Source: Octopus sinensis (lineage: Eukaryota). From it: a stretch of DNA of 64,000 nucleotides. How positions within the stretch are numbered: the first letter of the stretch is position 1; the number at the start of each line of letters is the position of its first letter. Made by a program: the position numbers and the translations under genes. The DNA lies in NCBI RefSeq assembly GCF_006345805.1, contig NC_043011.1, forward strand, positions 22,208,464-22,272,463. The letters are read 5' to 3'. Positions 1 through 13,641 of this stretch are shown one piece after another. The notes under the pieces were generated by a model. It was not told where the DNA came from. It was given only the letters and a program-made list of their open reading frames with translations, and did not search any database.

Positions 1-301
1 GTTTGGTAGCCTTCAGCTAACACTATCTCCTCCGAGACCCTGCAGCACAAGTTGACCCAAGAAGAAGGCTTGCTCTTCATTCCCTAGAGGATAAAATTCA
101 AATTGGACCATGTTAAGACCAAAAATTATTTACATCAAAAAGATGCTTTTTTTTCTATGAAAATCTCTATTTTTTTGACTGCTGTGTCGCCATTTTTCGG
201 TGTATTTCAACCAGAAAAATGTTCACTTAAAGAGAATAACAAGCTACATAGTGCAAAATTTTTACTTTTCAAAAATTCCAATTCTAAAGGGTCGAAAGAA
301 A

Positions 302-329
302 TCTGAGCAATGCTGGGCGATACTGCTAG
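302..329 (+). mobile_element. Helitron 3' terminus fragment
   Basis: TCTGAGCAATGCTGGGCGATACTGCTAG|T matches the 3' end of the Helitron copies at 31266 and 39619. Confidence 0.65.
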
Positions 330-2731
330 TTGTTGATAAATGTTTGTCTTCGATTAAAACTACATCTTCTCAGTATTATTTGTTTGTAAATTTAGATTTG
401 AAATAAAGAAACCCATAAGTAGTATGTTTTAGTTTTGGTGATGGATGTTAGGTCTTTTTCCATCATTCTATACAAGATATTTATAAATTAGTAACAATTT
501 TAACCGTTTATGGATTATGACTGCTGTGATAAAGATTATAATCAATCAAACAAGAATGATGTGATGTAAGTTATTGAAGGCTAATAAGTTCTTTGAATGT
601 GTTTCTTAGTAGATTGTAAATTTTTCAGATAATTAATTGCATCATGAGATGATAGATGCTTTGATATTGATATCTTATTGTCAGGTGTCCTATTTGTGGA
701 TGCTTACATAGTGCCAGGCAGAATTTGAACTTTGAATCCTTATTTTATACTAAGGGTATTAATGTCATTCACGTGGATGACTTTACAATAGAAATAACTC
801 TTTGGGATGAACGGTGTTTAAAATGAAATATAGTTGTAATCAGATCATTTTCCATACTGGATGACAAGGGTTATAATAAAAAAAAAATTAAAACCGCATT
901 TTTTTTCCCTTTGAGTGACAGCTGCTGGAGTGTATATTTCAGAGGCATATTAATATGAATGTTAGGTTATTGATGTTGCGACTAAATAGAATCTTTACTG
1001 GGCAAACCTAGCAATGGGCTTGTTTTTGCCTCCGACTTGAGCAGGTAGTAAAGTAGTACTGGACTGATTACATGGTCATGAGGTTTCTATCATCCTGAAG
1101 TAATATTGGTCCTGAAAAGCCGAACTCGACTGATTTATCAACTAGATGTCAAAATTTATTTATAAACGTAATCCTAATATTTTTTTGTTTTAGTTTAGGT
1201 CTATGATCAATAGCATTCCAGCTATGACCACCCCGTATTTTTTTCTGGCATGAAATGTCACCGATAATGTAAAATAGCATGTAGGGCAGTACGATGAAAT
1301 TTGGCTATTATCTCTAGCAGTTTAAATACCACAGTGAGATACGCTTCTCAATCAATGTTCGTTTTTATTCATCCAAGTACCAGTAAAATTATTGGGTCTG
1401 AGATAATTTGACGAAATCTTTATCTGGAAAAAAAAAAATTGCAAAATTTAATCGAGTTGAAAGAGAGAGAGAAAGGGATACGTTAAGGCGAATAAGAGAT
1501 TAAGGCAAAAACCGTTATCTTTTCAATAGCAGGTCAACTGATGTCGATATCTATCTTCCCAGCTGACCAAATTATACCTGCATGCACAGGTTTGGTGGGA
1601 AACCGAGTTTTAATATTCGAAAATTTGATTATAAAATCCGATTTGTTTCAATTCCACTAATGCATATTACCTTCCATAACAACTTTTCAAAGTAATACTA
1701 CTAAAACATATTTAGTTCCTTCGAAGGAAGATGGAAAGATAAATGAAAACAACTTTTTAATTTCTCTGTCGTACTTTCTCTCTCTTTCCCCCCTCTCTAT
1801 GCACGGACATACAAAGGTATGCGCAGATATATAGCAAGCACTGGACGACAACGATTGATTGATTTGATCGAAATAATTTTCTTTCATAACTTAGAAAATG
1901 AGCTTTATGTAATATAATACATATATAACTGGTTACAACATTTTTAGTTACATACATGTGAAATCGATCCCCGCTTCTCCATGCTTTCTGTCAATCAAAC
2001 GGTTATTTTACTTAACTCTAGCAGAAAATAGATCAAAGAACTTTTAGCAAATGAATAATTGTCAAATTGATTAAAAACCAATTTACTAATACCATTTTAT
2101 TATTTTATATGATTAAAAATTTTTTTATTAAAAGCGCGTAACATGATTAACTGTCAGAACATGGCGAATGAATTAATCTCTGAAGGTTTCTTTTAATGTT
2201 TGTTTTGATAAACATTAAGATGGAGGAACGACGGTGGTTGTAATAAGAATTACCAGTATTATTATTGATATATCTGGCACATGTTCATGATTTCCGAAAG
2301 GAAAATATAAAAATGGTGTTGGACGCAACAGCTTAGGATGTGATGTTATATAAAAACATAACGCATTTATTTTTCATGGCAAAGTTTCGAAGAAGTCATT
2401 TTGAAAACCAATGTTTTCATAAATAAAACAAATATTAATCGAGATTTAGTCAAAAAAAAAAAAAAATAAGCATCCAAACGATTGGAAATATTCTTCGTAG
2501 GAATTTTCGAAATCCTTAACGAATAATTCGGCATATATAAGATTGGAAATTATTTAAGATTTTTCTAATAATTTGTTTTTAGCATCGGTGACCAGAGCAT
2601 TTGGGCGACTTTTGTAATTGACAAGTTAAAATACCTAAGTCAGCTTATTAAAAGCTCAACACACAGTTTTCAAACCTGCAGAGACCGGTTGTCGCCTCGT
2701 TCTGACAGTGGTGGCCATTTTAGTGTCAGAA

Positions 2732-2879
2732 ATGCCGCTGGTTATTCTATGTGGTTTGCCTTGTTCGGGCAAATCGACCGTTTCCCAGTCACTGGCTTCA
2801 TACTTCCAAGAACAGTCTAAGAATGTGGACATTATCAGTATCCATTCCGTTGGGTTGGATAGGAATTCATTATTTGCTG
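2732..2879 (+). CDS. KTI12: KTI12 coding exon 1 (start codon, P-loop GLPCSGKS)
   Basis: Translates MPLVILCGLPCSGKSTVSQSLASYFQEQSKNVDIISIHSVGLDRNSLFA, matching the Kti12 N-terminus (MPLxxxCGxPxSGKS). Ends at donor G|gtcagt, phase 1, completed by exon 2 (G+AT = Asp). Confidence 0.95.
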
Positions 2880-4923
2880 GTCAGTAAAATAACATACTCA
2901 TCATAACTTATTTATTTATTTATTTATTCATCCACCTCGTCGCCCCATTCTGCCATGGCGGCTGATGTAACGTGCTACATTTAATTTGTTTAGATATAGT
3001 CGCTTTATTTAATGAAAAAGAACGTTAGTTTCCTTAAATAGGTATGATAACAGCTAATTTAGCTTAGGAAAATTTGATAATTAATGAAAAGTTTAAAGAA
3101 TAAACTACTCTTCTCTTTGTACTATTTTCTGTTGGATAACATACTACGCAGAACGTCATGGGTTTCCTCGGATTCTGTTTTACTGATATATATATATATA
3201 TTATATATGTATATACGAGGAAATTGAACCATCTCTATTTTTGTGAACATTTTCAAAACGTGTTTTCATTTTATTAATGTTGGTGATTGCTGTTAATAAG
3301 AATTTTAATTTTAGTGTTTACCAACGAGTTAGAAAATAGAGCATTGTGTAAATTTTTTTTCGACACGAGCTGACGTGTATTAGTGGGCGAAGTATTTATG
3401 GTGTCCCATACTTGATAAAACTTAAATCATAAAAAAAAAAAGGTTTACACTTTTTTTCCTTGATTGTTTTTTAATTAAACTATACAGAGGTGATTATTTT
3501 TAACTTTTAGTTTATACTTCAATAGTTAACAAATGAAAATTGTTTCATCCGTATTTAAACTGAGAAAATAGGGTGGAGATGTAAGTTTTATGGATCAAGT
3601 GTACTTGCCTATCGGTAATTTTTTTTTTGTTTATAAAAGTCATATCTTTCAAAAATTTGAAAAACTAAAATGCAGTAAAACTATCTTTAGTGGTCTCATT
3701 TTGTTACTTCTGTGCTTCCATAGTTGATTAAATTATTCACGCGCAAGTTTTGTTTTTACGGCTGAAAGGCTTAACCCAATCAAAAACCCGGGAAAGGACG
3801 ACTCTGTAGCTTTCATGAATGGATATTGGATATTAATTTGTAATTTTGAGATTTCTAACGAATGCCTAACGTTATTAACAAGTCGTCATAAGAAATTCTT
3901 AAAATTAATTTCCAATTTATCCTTCTAATTATTGACAGTATAAAATGTAAGACAGCTATCTAATCCAAAATATTTCACTGGGTTACTCTTATGCTGACAT
4001 TAAGTTCAGGAATGTTATATTTTTCTTCAAAACGTATGACATGCAAACCTCATGAATATCTTCTTGATTGATTGTGTGATTAATGTTTGAATTTTTTTGT
4101 TACCGCTTGGTAAAAAATATCTTAGATTGACTAGAAGGAAGCTCATGAGTCTTGGTAGACGGATGAGAGCTTTTATTGTGTACTTTTGGTAGATCCTCTA
4201 CAAGAAACTGCTCCATCCTCATCTTTCTCGTACTTTAATCCCTTGTCCCCTAAAATAAAGCTGATTTCCCTCAGGATTTTTTGTCCTTTGAGCTGCACAG
4301 TAATCTCAATAATATTGGTGGTATGAAAAAAAAAAGCATCCTGTACACGCTGTAAAGTGGTTGGCATTTAGAAGGGCATCCAACTATAGGAACCATGCCA
4401 AAGCAATCACTGGAGCATGATGCAGTCCTTGGATCCTGTAAAACCATGCAGCCCATGCTAGCATGGAAATGGATGTTAAATGATGATATGCATCTAGGTT
4501 TTCTACAATTTTGCAATAATCATTGTGTAATTGGTTTATAGCTCTAACTTGTCTTTCTAAATCTCAGTAGATCTTAGTAGTTCCATAAGGGTTGTCCTTT
4601 GAGAAAAAAATAGACAAAAACCATTCTCAGTAATTTTATTACTTGAGATAGTTATTTCAAGATTGTGACCAAAATTGGATGCTGATCTGTATAGTAAAGA
4701 TGTTTCATGAAAACTTGAAGAAAACCCTTTGACGTCAGTCAAGGAAAATGAAGCAGGGTTACATAATTCCACAGTGTTTCATGAAAACAAACAGAACTGT
4801 TGTGTATTTATTCCTTTGTATGAAAACTGTGACATCAGTTGGAGCATAAAGTAGGATTGTATGCCTATCCAAAGTTAGATGAAAATTTTACAATCTCTTG
4901 AATTTCAGGATAAAGGTTCTGAT

Positions 4924-5378
4924 ACGTGTGCCGGTGGCACATAAAAAGCACCATCCGAACGTGGCCGTTGGCAGCGCCGCCTCGACTGGCTTCTATGCCG
5001 GTGTCACATAAAAAGCACCATCCGAACGTGGCCGTTGCCAGCGCTGCCTTGACTGGCTCCAGTGCTGGTGGCACATAAAAAGCACCATCCGAATGTGGCC
5101 GATGCCAGCTCCGCCTTGGTTGGCTTCCGTGCCGGCGGCACGTTTAAAGCACCAACCGATTGTGGCCGATGCCGGACTCCCCTGGCACCTGTGCAGGTGG
5201 CACATAAAAAGCACCCATTACACTCGCGGAGTGGTTGGCGTTAGGAAGGGCATCCAGCTGTAGAAACTCTGCCAGATCAGACTGGAGCCTGGTGCAGCCC
5301 CTGGCTTCCTAGACCCCGGTCGAACCGTCCAACCCGTGCTATCGCGGAAAACGGACGTTAAACAATGATGATGATGAT
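4924..5378 (+). mobile_element. RTE LINE 3'-end copy with about 5 tandem 63-66 bp units
   Basis: Units start near 4932, 4998, 5064, 5130 and 5193 (core GGTGGCACATAAAAAGCACCATCCGAAYGTGGCC), then the conserved tail ...AGGAAGGGCATCCAGCTGTAGAAAC...GGACGTTAAAC(GAT)n. Confidence 0.75.
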
Positions 5379-7619
5379 AATCCACACAGTGTTTTGAGGA
5401 TCTATTTCTTGCAGATAATGCAGCAATCACTAGTCATTTAACTGAAGATCTGCAGTGATTTCTGATCTCGTTTAGAAAGTTCTGCAACATCTTAGTGCTC
5501 ATCAATATCATCATTTTAAGATCCACTCTTTCCTTGGTTGGTTGGAGTCTATTGAGGCAAATTTTCTATGACTGGATGCCCTTCCTGTAGCCAACCCTCA
5601 CCTGTTTCCAAGCAAAGTAATATTTTCTCATAGTCAGACATATTTTCACATCGTCGTCGTCATCAGAGTATTGGAGATGAATGACAGTAACAATCATTTA
5701 CAGCTAGCATGAAATGTCAAAACAAGGGGACAGAAACATACACATACTCTCACACACATACACATATATGTATATATACAAAAGGCTTCTTTTAGTTTCC
5801 TGCTTACCAAATCCACTCACAAGGCTTTGGTTGGCTTAGGGCTGTAGTAGAAAACATTTGCCCAAGGCACCTGGAACCATGTTGGAAAGCAAACATCTTA
5901 GCTACATAATCACAACCTCAACAAACAGATGATGTAATAGTATGTCAATGAAACACAAGTATCTTAGCATCTCCACAATTACAACTTTCTATATCTCATT
6001 CCAAGTCCTGTCCTGTATTTTTTTCCGGAAGACACTTGTGGATGTCCAAGACTGGTGAGAAGGAAGTAATTTATCAAGAAACTGGAAACTTGACATGAAA
6101 GCTTTCAACTGAGTGGACTTCATCTAAAGGTATCCAAGGGCCAGGTATAAACTGGGCATCAGGCTAAGTCTACCTTACTCAAGACAGGCTGGTTTATTTT
6201 GCATTTTGATGATGATTTCGTTGTAAGAAATATTTTTATATAGCAGAGTGTTAACTCAATACCCATTTCACAACTTGGTAGACTATGTCTGCGTTATATA
6301 ACTTTTTACTGTCATGCAGTGTTATTCTTTGTGTCTCCTGAAAGAAGCCTGAATCTATGTGGGAGGTACTGTATTTTCCAGCATACAAGTCACTGTAGTA
6401 TATAGTGTAAACATGTATTATAAACATTCAAACATTGTTACTGTCTTTCCAAATCCTGTTGCATTTTGCATGGAAGTTTTGTTTTGGTCCGCCAATGTCT
6501 TGGTTGACCTCTGTTGTTTTTGGTTGTAAATTTTGCAATGAAAAATTTAACTTGTGTACTGGAAAATATGGCATGGTGAGCTAGAAATGTAAAATGGATT
6601 AATTGGAAGACTACAGTTGCATGACAAGTGTGACTTGAGTATGCTTTCCATCAACACAAACACTTAGAAAACATTTAATATGGTTAAATGTGATTGTAGT
6701 CAGGAAATGAATGCAATTTTGGGACCCTAATTCATTTAGAGAAATTACAGTAGAGGCTATCATTCTTGCTGTGAACTTATCAATAATATCAGACATCCTA
6801 ACTGTATCCAACCACTCAGAATCCAGTCAGAATAATACATTTTTGTGTGTGTGTGAGTTGCTGACGTATATTGAGGGTGAGTTTTAATATGTTGAGTATA
6901 GAGGCTTAGGTGTAGTGTGGAGATTAATGGATAGAACGACATTGATTTCAGGGAATTTATTCTGAGAAAGTGGATTAAATTATACATATTTTATGACTCT
7001 ACAAGTAGATCATTAAAAGTTTTAATTAGTATGTTATGAAAGTGAAGGAGTATTTTTTTGCCTTTGATTTAAGTAATGATTTTTAAAAATATTTGTTTTG
7101 TTTGACTATGGCTTTCACAGATCAATGTGAGTAATTCTTCTCTTGAATAGTTGCAAGTCAATAGCTGCAGGGAAGGAATTTAAGAGAGTTGACATTCTGG
7201 AGATTACTGATTGGATGTGGTGGACACAATGAAAGTCATATAAGATCAGCCATTTCTATGGAGCAGAGTCTACTTCAGTTGTCATACAAAAGGTAGAAAG
7301 AGGAGACAGCATGTCTGTGTGGCAGAGGTTGGTGTGTATGTTGGAGAGTGACCCTATGCAATTGGTCTCGAGTGGCCTTTGGATTTGGTAGATGGAAAGT
7401 GAAAGAAGCCTGCTGTAGATATATATGTATGTGTGTGTATGTATATCCTTGTCTTGACATCATGTGATAATTGTAAATGAAAACTATGTCTAGTCAAGGA
7501 GAAATATTATCTTGCTGGGAAACAGGTAAGGATTGGCATCAGGAATTGCATCTGACCATAGAAAATATGTCTCAGCAAATTCTGTCTGACCAATGCAAAC
7601 ATGGAAAAGTGGTTGTCAA

Positions 7620-8530
7620 ATGATGATGGTGATTGAGTCTAAGATGTCTGCATGTGTAGCAGCAGCACTATCTCCAATTTTGGAGCAATACTCCTTTGTG
7701 GGTCTCATCTAAGTTTTATAAAGGATAAGTAATTAAGGACTGAAGTATTTTCTGATCCTGAAAAGAAGACTCGCCTTTGTGGTGTTGAGGATGTGTGGGT
7801 TCTAGTAGTGTGTTATTCATGTTTAAGGGAAGGCAGGGGTGATTCTTTTTACCTGATGTGTAGTGATTGTATCTGCTTTTGGAGGGGCTAAGGTTCGCAT
7901 AAGTCTTCTCTGTTGCATCTGGATAATGTTTGGGTTTGGAAGATTAAGGAGGAATGAAGAGTGGTTTCATCATTTGAGTAGGACTGGGCATTGCTAGATG
8001 GAGAAGCAAGTAGGTTGTTGATATATAAAAGTTTAGGGACAAAACTGGACTTAAGGCACACCAGAGTTGATATCATGTGGGTCAGAGAGAGCTCAACCAG
8101 TACATGCCATGATGATGTTATCTTTTAGGAAAGCTGTTGATCCAAAAAATGATCTTGGTTTGAACTGACTAGAGGTACTTGGGGTAAGGTTGGTAGAATG
8201 GATAGGGAACTTACCTAGTGTCTACAGGATGAAGTTGGATACAAAAGAAGCAGTAAATGAGAAAGCTTTCTCTGTGGGAATGCTGCTTACTGGAACCATT
8301 GTGGTAGAGAAGTGAAAGGAAGGAGCATTCTGTGAAATTATTACATTCTCTTGACAAGGGACCTAAAGAGTCAACTGTAGTTTGGGAGTTTGGAAAATTA
8401 GTGGATGTACTGAGGTGTCTTTTGCATTTTACATAATAGTTTTGTGGGACTTGTACTGGGTAAAAGTTGTCCAGGCTAGTAGCAGTGGGTTAAATTATTT
8501 TTTCCCTAAATGTTGTTGACCAAGCTCTTT
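7620..8530 (-). mobile_element. Degenerate CR1/L2-like LINE reverse-transcriptase fragment
   Basis: Minus-strand remnants INSGVP..PKLLYINNLL..SYSNDETTLH (GVPQG and YADD regions) and LILYKT*MRPTKEYCSKI (LYKxxxRPxxEY); many stops and frameshifts; boundaries approximate. Confidence 0.6.
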
Positions 8531-11500
8531 TAACTGTTACAGCAAGGTTATGGTGAGTGAACTTCTTGGATGATTTAGAGCGATGAGCTTTTGGTTGTGT
8601 ATGGGATGGAGAGGGATAGGTGCCGTGTAGTGGGATTGAAACCAGAACTATGTGATTAGGAAACAAACATGGTTCTGGGTTCATGCAGTGGGTTTCAATC
8701 CCAGAACTAAGTTTGCTTCCCAATCACATGGTTTTGGGTTCAGTCCAACTGCATAGCATCATCAAGTGTCTCTCATTATAGTCCTGGGCTGACCAAAGCT
8801 TTATGAGTGGATTTGGTAGATGGAAACTGAAAGCATACACATATATATATATACACACTTCATTTTTGTATTTGGTTTGCAAGATTCTTGTGAAATTGTG
8901 TGCCAACAATAATAATCACACACTGGTTCAATATCACTTTATTGTTTAGTCAATTGGTTAAATATCTAACCGGTTAACTAATTGATCATTTGTCTAATGT
9001 GTTGGTTAAAAAAAAACGATTGATTGTTTAAACTACACATTAAACAAATGATTGATTAATTAGTTGGTTAGATAAGTAACCAATTCACTAACATTAATGA
9101 AGTGATATTGAACCAGTGTGTGTGTCTATTATTGGCATTATGACCTTCCCAAGATATTGAAATATATATATATATATAAGCAATTATGGGGATAAACAAA
9201 TTAGATATTAAATATATTAAATACATCAAATACAAAATATGTACATATGTATACATATGTACATATGTACAACAAGAAGTGGAAACTTTCAGATGATTAA
9301 TTTACATGTATAATTATATATAGTTTTGTACTCTGTGTAATGTTATTGCACAAAGTATGAATGGCAGAGAAAATTAAAGTGGCGGAAAAAAAAGGTATTA
9401 TATATATATATATATATATATATATTTCGGAGATGTACTTGCATAGCGAGTGACTTGATCTGAGATCGTGTGCTGGAACAAAAACAATTGCAGCACAATA
9501 TATATATATTATTTAACGTTTGTTTTCCATTATGGCATGGGTTGGATGGTTTGTCAGGAACTGGAAAGCTGGAGAGCTGTACCAGCCTCCAATTGGTTGT
9601 TTTTCATGCCCTTCCTAACGACAACCACTTTACAGAATGTACTGGGTGCTTTTTATGTGTCACCAGCTCAGTGGTGTTGTTGAGTAGTGTAGCTTACAAG
9701 CTGAGAGGGGAAGTGCAACGAAGGAAGGTGACTATGTATAAATATAAATATATATATATATATATGTGTGTGTATACATAAATATATATACTTGCATACA
9801 TAAAGAAGTGCTGATCACTTAAAGTGGATGGAACTTGTGGAAGAGGGAGACCCAAGAAGACATAGGATCAAGGCTGATCTCAAAGCACTAATACTCACAA
9901 AAGACTGAGATACCAGGCAACTTTCTATATTCATGGAGACCTGCCCACTACAGCATAATTGATATCCTAAAAGCACCTTGGTAATGCATGTCCATGAGGG
10001 GCTCTGCCCTGTCAACCTATTCCCCAACTCGCATTTCCTCCCCTAACACCCATCACTTCCTCTATTACCTGAGAGCAGAATAGCTACATACTACACCCCT
10101 TGCTTTCTTAGTTACCTTTCTTCCCCTACCTACTGTCTCTACCAATCACTTCCTTTCTGCATCTTTTCTCTCCTCCCTGTGCTGCACTCCATCATCAACT
10201 CTCCACTTACCTGCTATCATCCTCAGTGCCATCACATATCTACTGCAATCCCCACCCCTGAACCTCTCCTACATTTCTCTCCAACGTTTGCTACCTCATC
10301 CTGCTCACTCATCCAACCCAAGCCTCTCTATCACTTCACCAATTCTCACCACTCCCAATGTCCCTTGTGGGCATATTCCAACACATCTCCACCATCATCT
10401 CTCTCACTATCACTCTCTGTATCTTACTCTCCTTTCTACTCCACAGCAAGACACTTATATTTACCCCTCTATACCTTAACTCAACTGGCACAAACCCACA
10501 CCCACTAAATACTACTCCTCATTCGTAGTCAAGGCGTTTTGTCTTGCAAGGTCCCTGATGACTCTGTCAGTACTGGTGCTGGTGCCATATAAAAAGCACT
10601 GATGGTGGTTGGCATTAAGAAGTACATCCAGCAAGTAGAAACCATGCCAAAACAGACAATGGAACTCGGTATGTCTCCTGGCCTTGCCAGCTCCTGTCAA
10701 ACTGTGCAGTCCATGCTAGCATGGAAAATGGACGTTAAATGGTGATCACACTTGTTTGTGTGCTTGATTATGTCACTTTGTCTTGACATTGCATGATAGT
10801 TTTAAAATAATTGTCATTGCTAGACAAGCTGTGTCACTTGTTTCCAGTACTCTGTGAGAACATGGGAAAATATTAGCTTACATGGAAACAGGTGAGGCAA
10901 TTCATTGGTTAAAATTCGAAAAATTAAACTACGTTAAACAAACAAATTACAATTTTCTCAAGAAAGCCAAGAGAAAAAAATGTTTTATTTTGACACATTC
11001 TACCAGTATACGAAGTTTCAAAGTGTTTAGTTAACTAGAAATTGTGTTGACATGTGCCATTCAAAAGGAAAAGATCCAAATATTCTTATTAAAACAGCAC
11101 ACTATAAGTTTGTTGATGTGCATAAAGCTTGGTTAAGCTAGAATTAAATTATGCTTCACAAAGCAACATTGAATAGAATATGTTCATATAAAATCTTATT
11201 TAACATAATTCAAGTGCATTTGGACTTGAGAAGGCCTGCTGCTATGGAAATAGTACTAAGAGAAAATTTGTAGCTGGTGAAGCAAAAAGACACAGAAACA
11301 CATGCATTGTACAATCCAGTGATGCCATTCACAGCTGAAAATGTGTTGTTACATATGTTTAAGAGAAGTTTCTCTTACTCTTGAATTCCTCTTCAAGATA
11401 TTCCCACTACCATCATTGCTTTAATACTGTAATCAAATATTATCAGAACTGCACATTTTAGCATTTCACTGTTATCTGTCATTTTATGACATGGTCTTCA

Positions 11501-12252
11501 CCCACATTTTATATTGATCACCCTCCCCTATTCACTATATCTGCCCCCTCCCCCTTATGATTTACCTAATCAAATGTTTCCCTCTCTCCTTTCCACCCAT
11601 CTCTTTCTTCCTTTGTCTACTCTATTATTATTATTAGTAGTAGTATCATTCTCTACTCTCTTTTCTCATTCCTCCTCCTTACCCCCTCAACTCTACCTAA
11701 TTTCTTCAGTTGTCAGTTACACTTCACTCTTCCCCACCTCCATCTACTTATCACTCAATTCATGTTCTTGATAATATTCACTCACACCCATTTCCTATTT
11801 CTCACTTTCCTATACACTCTTCAATCTCTACTCACCCACACATTTTGTTTGTTCCCATGCCCTACTCAACTTCTACACACTTCGCCTTGAGGATCCATCA
11901 TGACACCCATCACCACCATCTTTCTCTCTTTCCAGTTTCACCCCAACCACTCCTGACTTTGTTCTATAATATTTGCAGCTGTGTAGCTTCCCTACAGCAA
12001 GAAACATATTGTGTTCTGGCCCTTCCTCTCTCCCTTTAACCCTTCCACACATAGCATAGAGTCACTTCCCTCTCTATTGTGGCTCCACTCAGTCAAACAG
12101 GATCTTGAACTTGCAGCGTACATGGTGACCTCACTAGCATTAGTAACATGAAAAAGCACCCAAGTAGTTAGCATTTGAAAGGACATCCAACACTAGAAAC
12201 TATGCCAAAGCAGAAATTGATACACAATGCAATCTTCAGGCCTGACTCAGCC

Positions 12253-12310
12253 TGTCAAACTGTCCAGCCTATGCCAGCATGGAACATGGATATTAAATGA
12301 TGATGATATG

Positions 12311-12361
<51 letters not shown>

Positions 12362-12595
12362 TATATGTATAATATGTATGTGTATACACATTCATCTATA
12401 TACATATGTTTGTGTATGTGTATATATATATATATATACATACATACACAAACATATGTATATAGATGAATGTGTATGGTGTGTGTGTATACACATACAT
12501 ATTATACATATATGTATATATTATATATATATATATACATATCATCATCATTTAATATCCATGTTCCATGCTGGCATAGGTTGGACAGTTTGACA
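12253..12595. repeat. Near-perfect 343-bp palindrome (inverted duplication of an RTE tail plus microsatellite)
   Basis: Left arm TGTCAAACTGTCCAGCCTATGCCAGCATGG... is the reverse complement of the right arm ending ...GGTTGGACAGTTTGACA; the centre is a (TA)n run. Confidence 0.9.
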
Positions 12596-13169
12596 TACAT
12601 ACATATATATATATACACACACACACTCACATGTATCTGTATATTTGTATATATATGTGTGTGTGTGTGTACACACACACACATATTTTTGGGGTCAGTT
12701 TGTCTTCATGACATGTTCTGTCGATCTCTCATGATGAACCTGCCTGTGGCCTCAATGATAACCTCTAGGCGACCTCAGAACTGGCTACCATCACTTCACT
12801 AACAATTCTGCTAGCTTGCTGCCTTTCCAATAATAATAATTGCTTCTGATTCCAGTTCAAGGCCAGCAGTATTACTACTGTTGATGTCCTCCATCAAGGT
12901 ATTGTCTATGGTTTTGCACACCATTGATTCTCTTATGTGTCAGTTCCCAGGTGATGGCTTAGCTAATGAGCAGCTCTGGGTGTCTTAGGCAATGCTTGAC
13001 AGTTTAAACCATCTTCCTTTTGATATCAACATGCCTGAGACCGCCCTATATCTGTAATACAAACTTCTTGTTCTAAAGTAATCTAAATTAAGGTCTTCCA
13101 TTAAGATTTCATGCTAATTTATGGATCTTCCAAACACCAGCTTAATAATTATAGTTCTTTTACTAAATA

Positions 13170-13576
13170 GGCGTAGGAGTGGCTGTTTGGTAAATAGTTT
13201 GCTTGCCAACCACATGGTTCCGGGTTCAGTCCCACTGCGTGGCACCTTGGGCAATTATCTTCTACTATGGCCTCGGGCCGACCAAAGCCTTGTGAGTGGA
13301 TTTGATAGACGGAAACTGAAAGAAGCCTGTCGTGTATATGTATATATATGTGTATGTTTGTGTGTCTGTATTTGACCCCCCCCCCCAACATCGCTTGACA
13401 ACCGATGCTGGTGTGTTTACGTTCCCGTAACTTAGCGGTTCGGCAAAAGAGACCAATAGAATAAGTACTAGGCTTATAAAGAATAAATCCTGGGGTCGAT
13501 TTTCTCAACTAAAGGCAGTGCCCCAGCATGGCCACAGTAAAAAATGACTGAAACAATTAAAAGAGTAAAGAGTAAA
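13170..13576 (+). mobile_element. tRNA-derived SINE (family A), full length
   Basis: Head GGCGTAGGAGTGGCTGTTTGG with B-box-like GGTTCAGTCCC, body GTGAGTGGATTT..AGACGGAAACTGAAAGAAGCC, internal (TA/TG)n and tail GACTGAAACAA..AAAAG; about 15 full or partial copies in the window. Confidence 0.85.
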
Positions 13577-13641
13577 TTCTTCAAAATTTATTGAAACAGA
13601 AGTAGTGTGTTTAATCAGAAATATGATATAGAAAAAGTCAA

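Noticed and set aside
2838-2847. U12-like donor GTATCCATTC inside exon 1
   Set aside because: It mismatches the consensus, no matching U12 branch site was seen before exon 2, and its use would delete the conserved RNxxxxD segment.
4932-5220. Repeat-spacer-like array with a constant core of about 34 bp
   Set aside because: The variable parts align with each other; these are diverged tandem units of an RTE 3'UTR.
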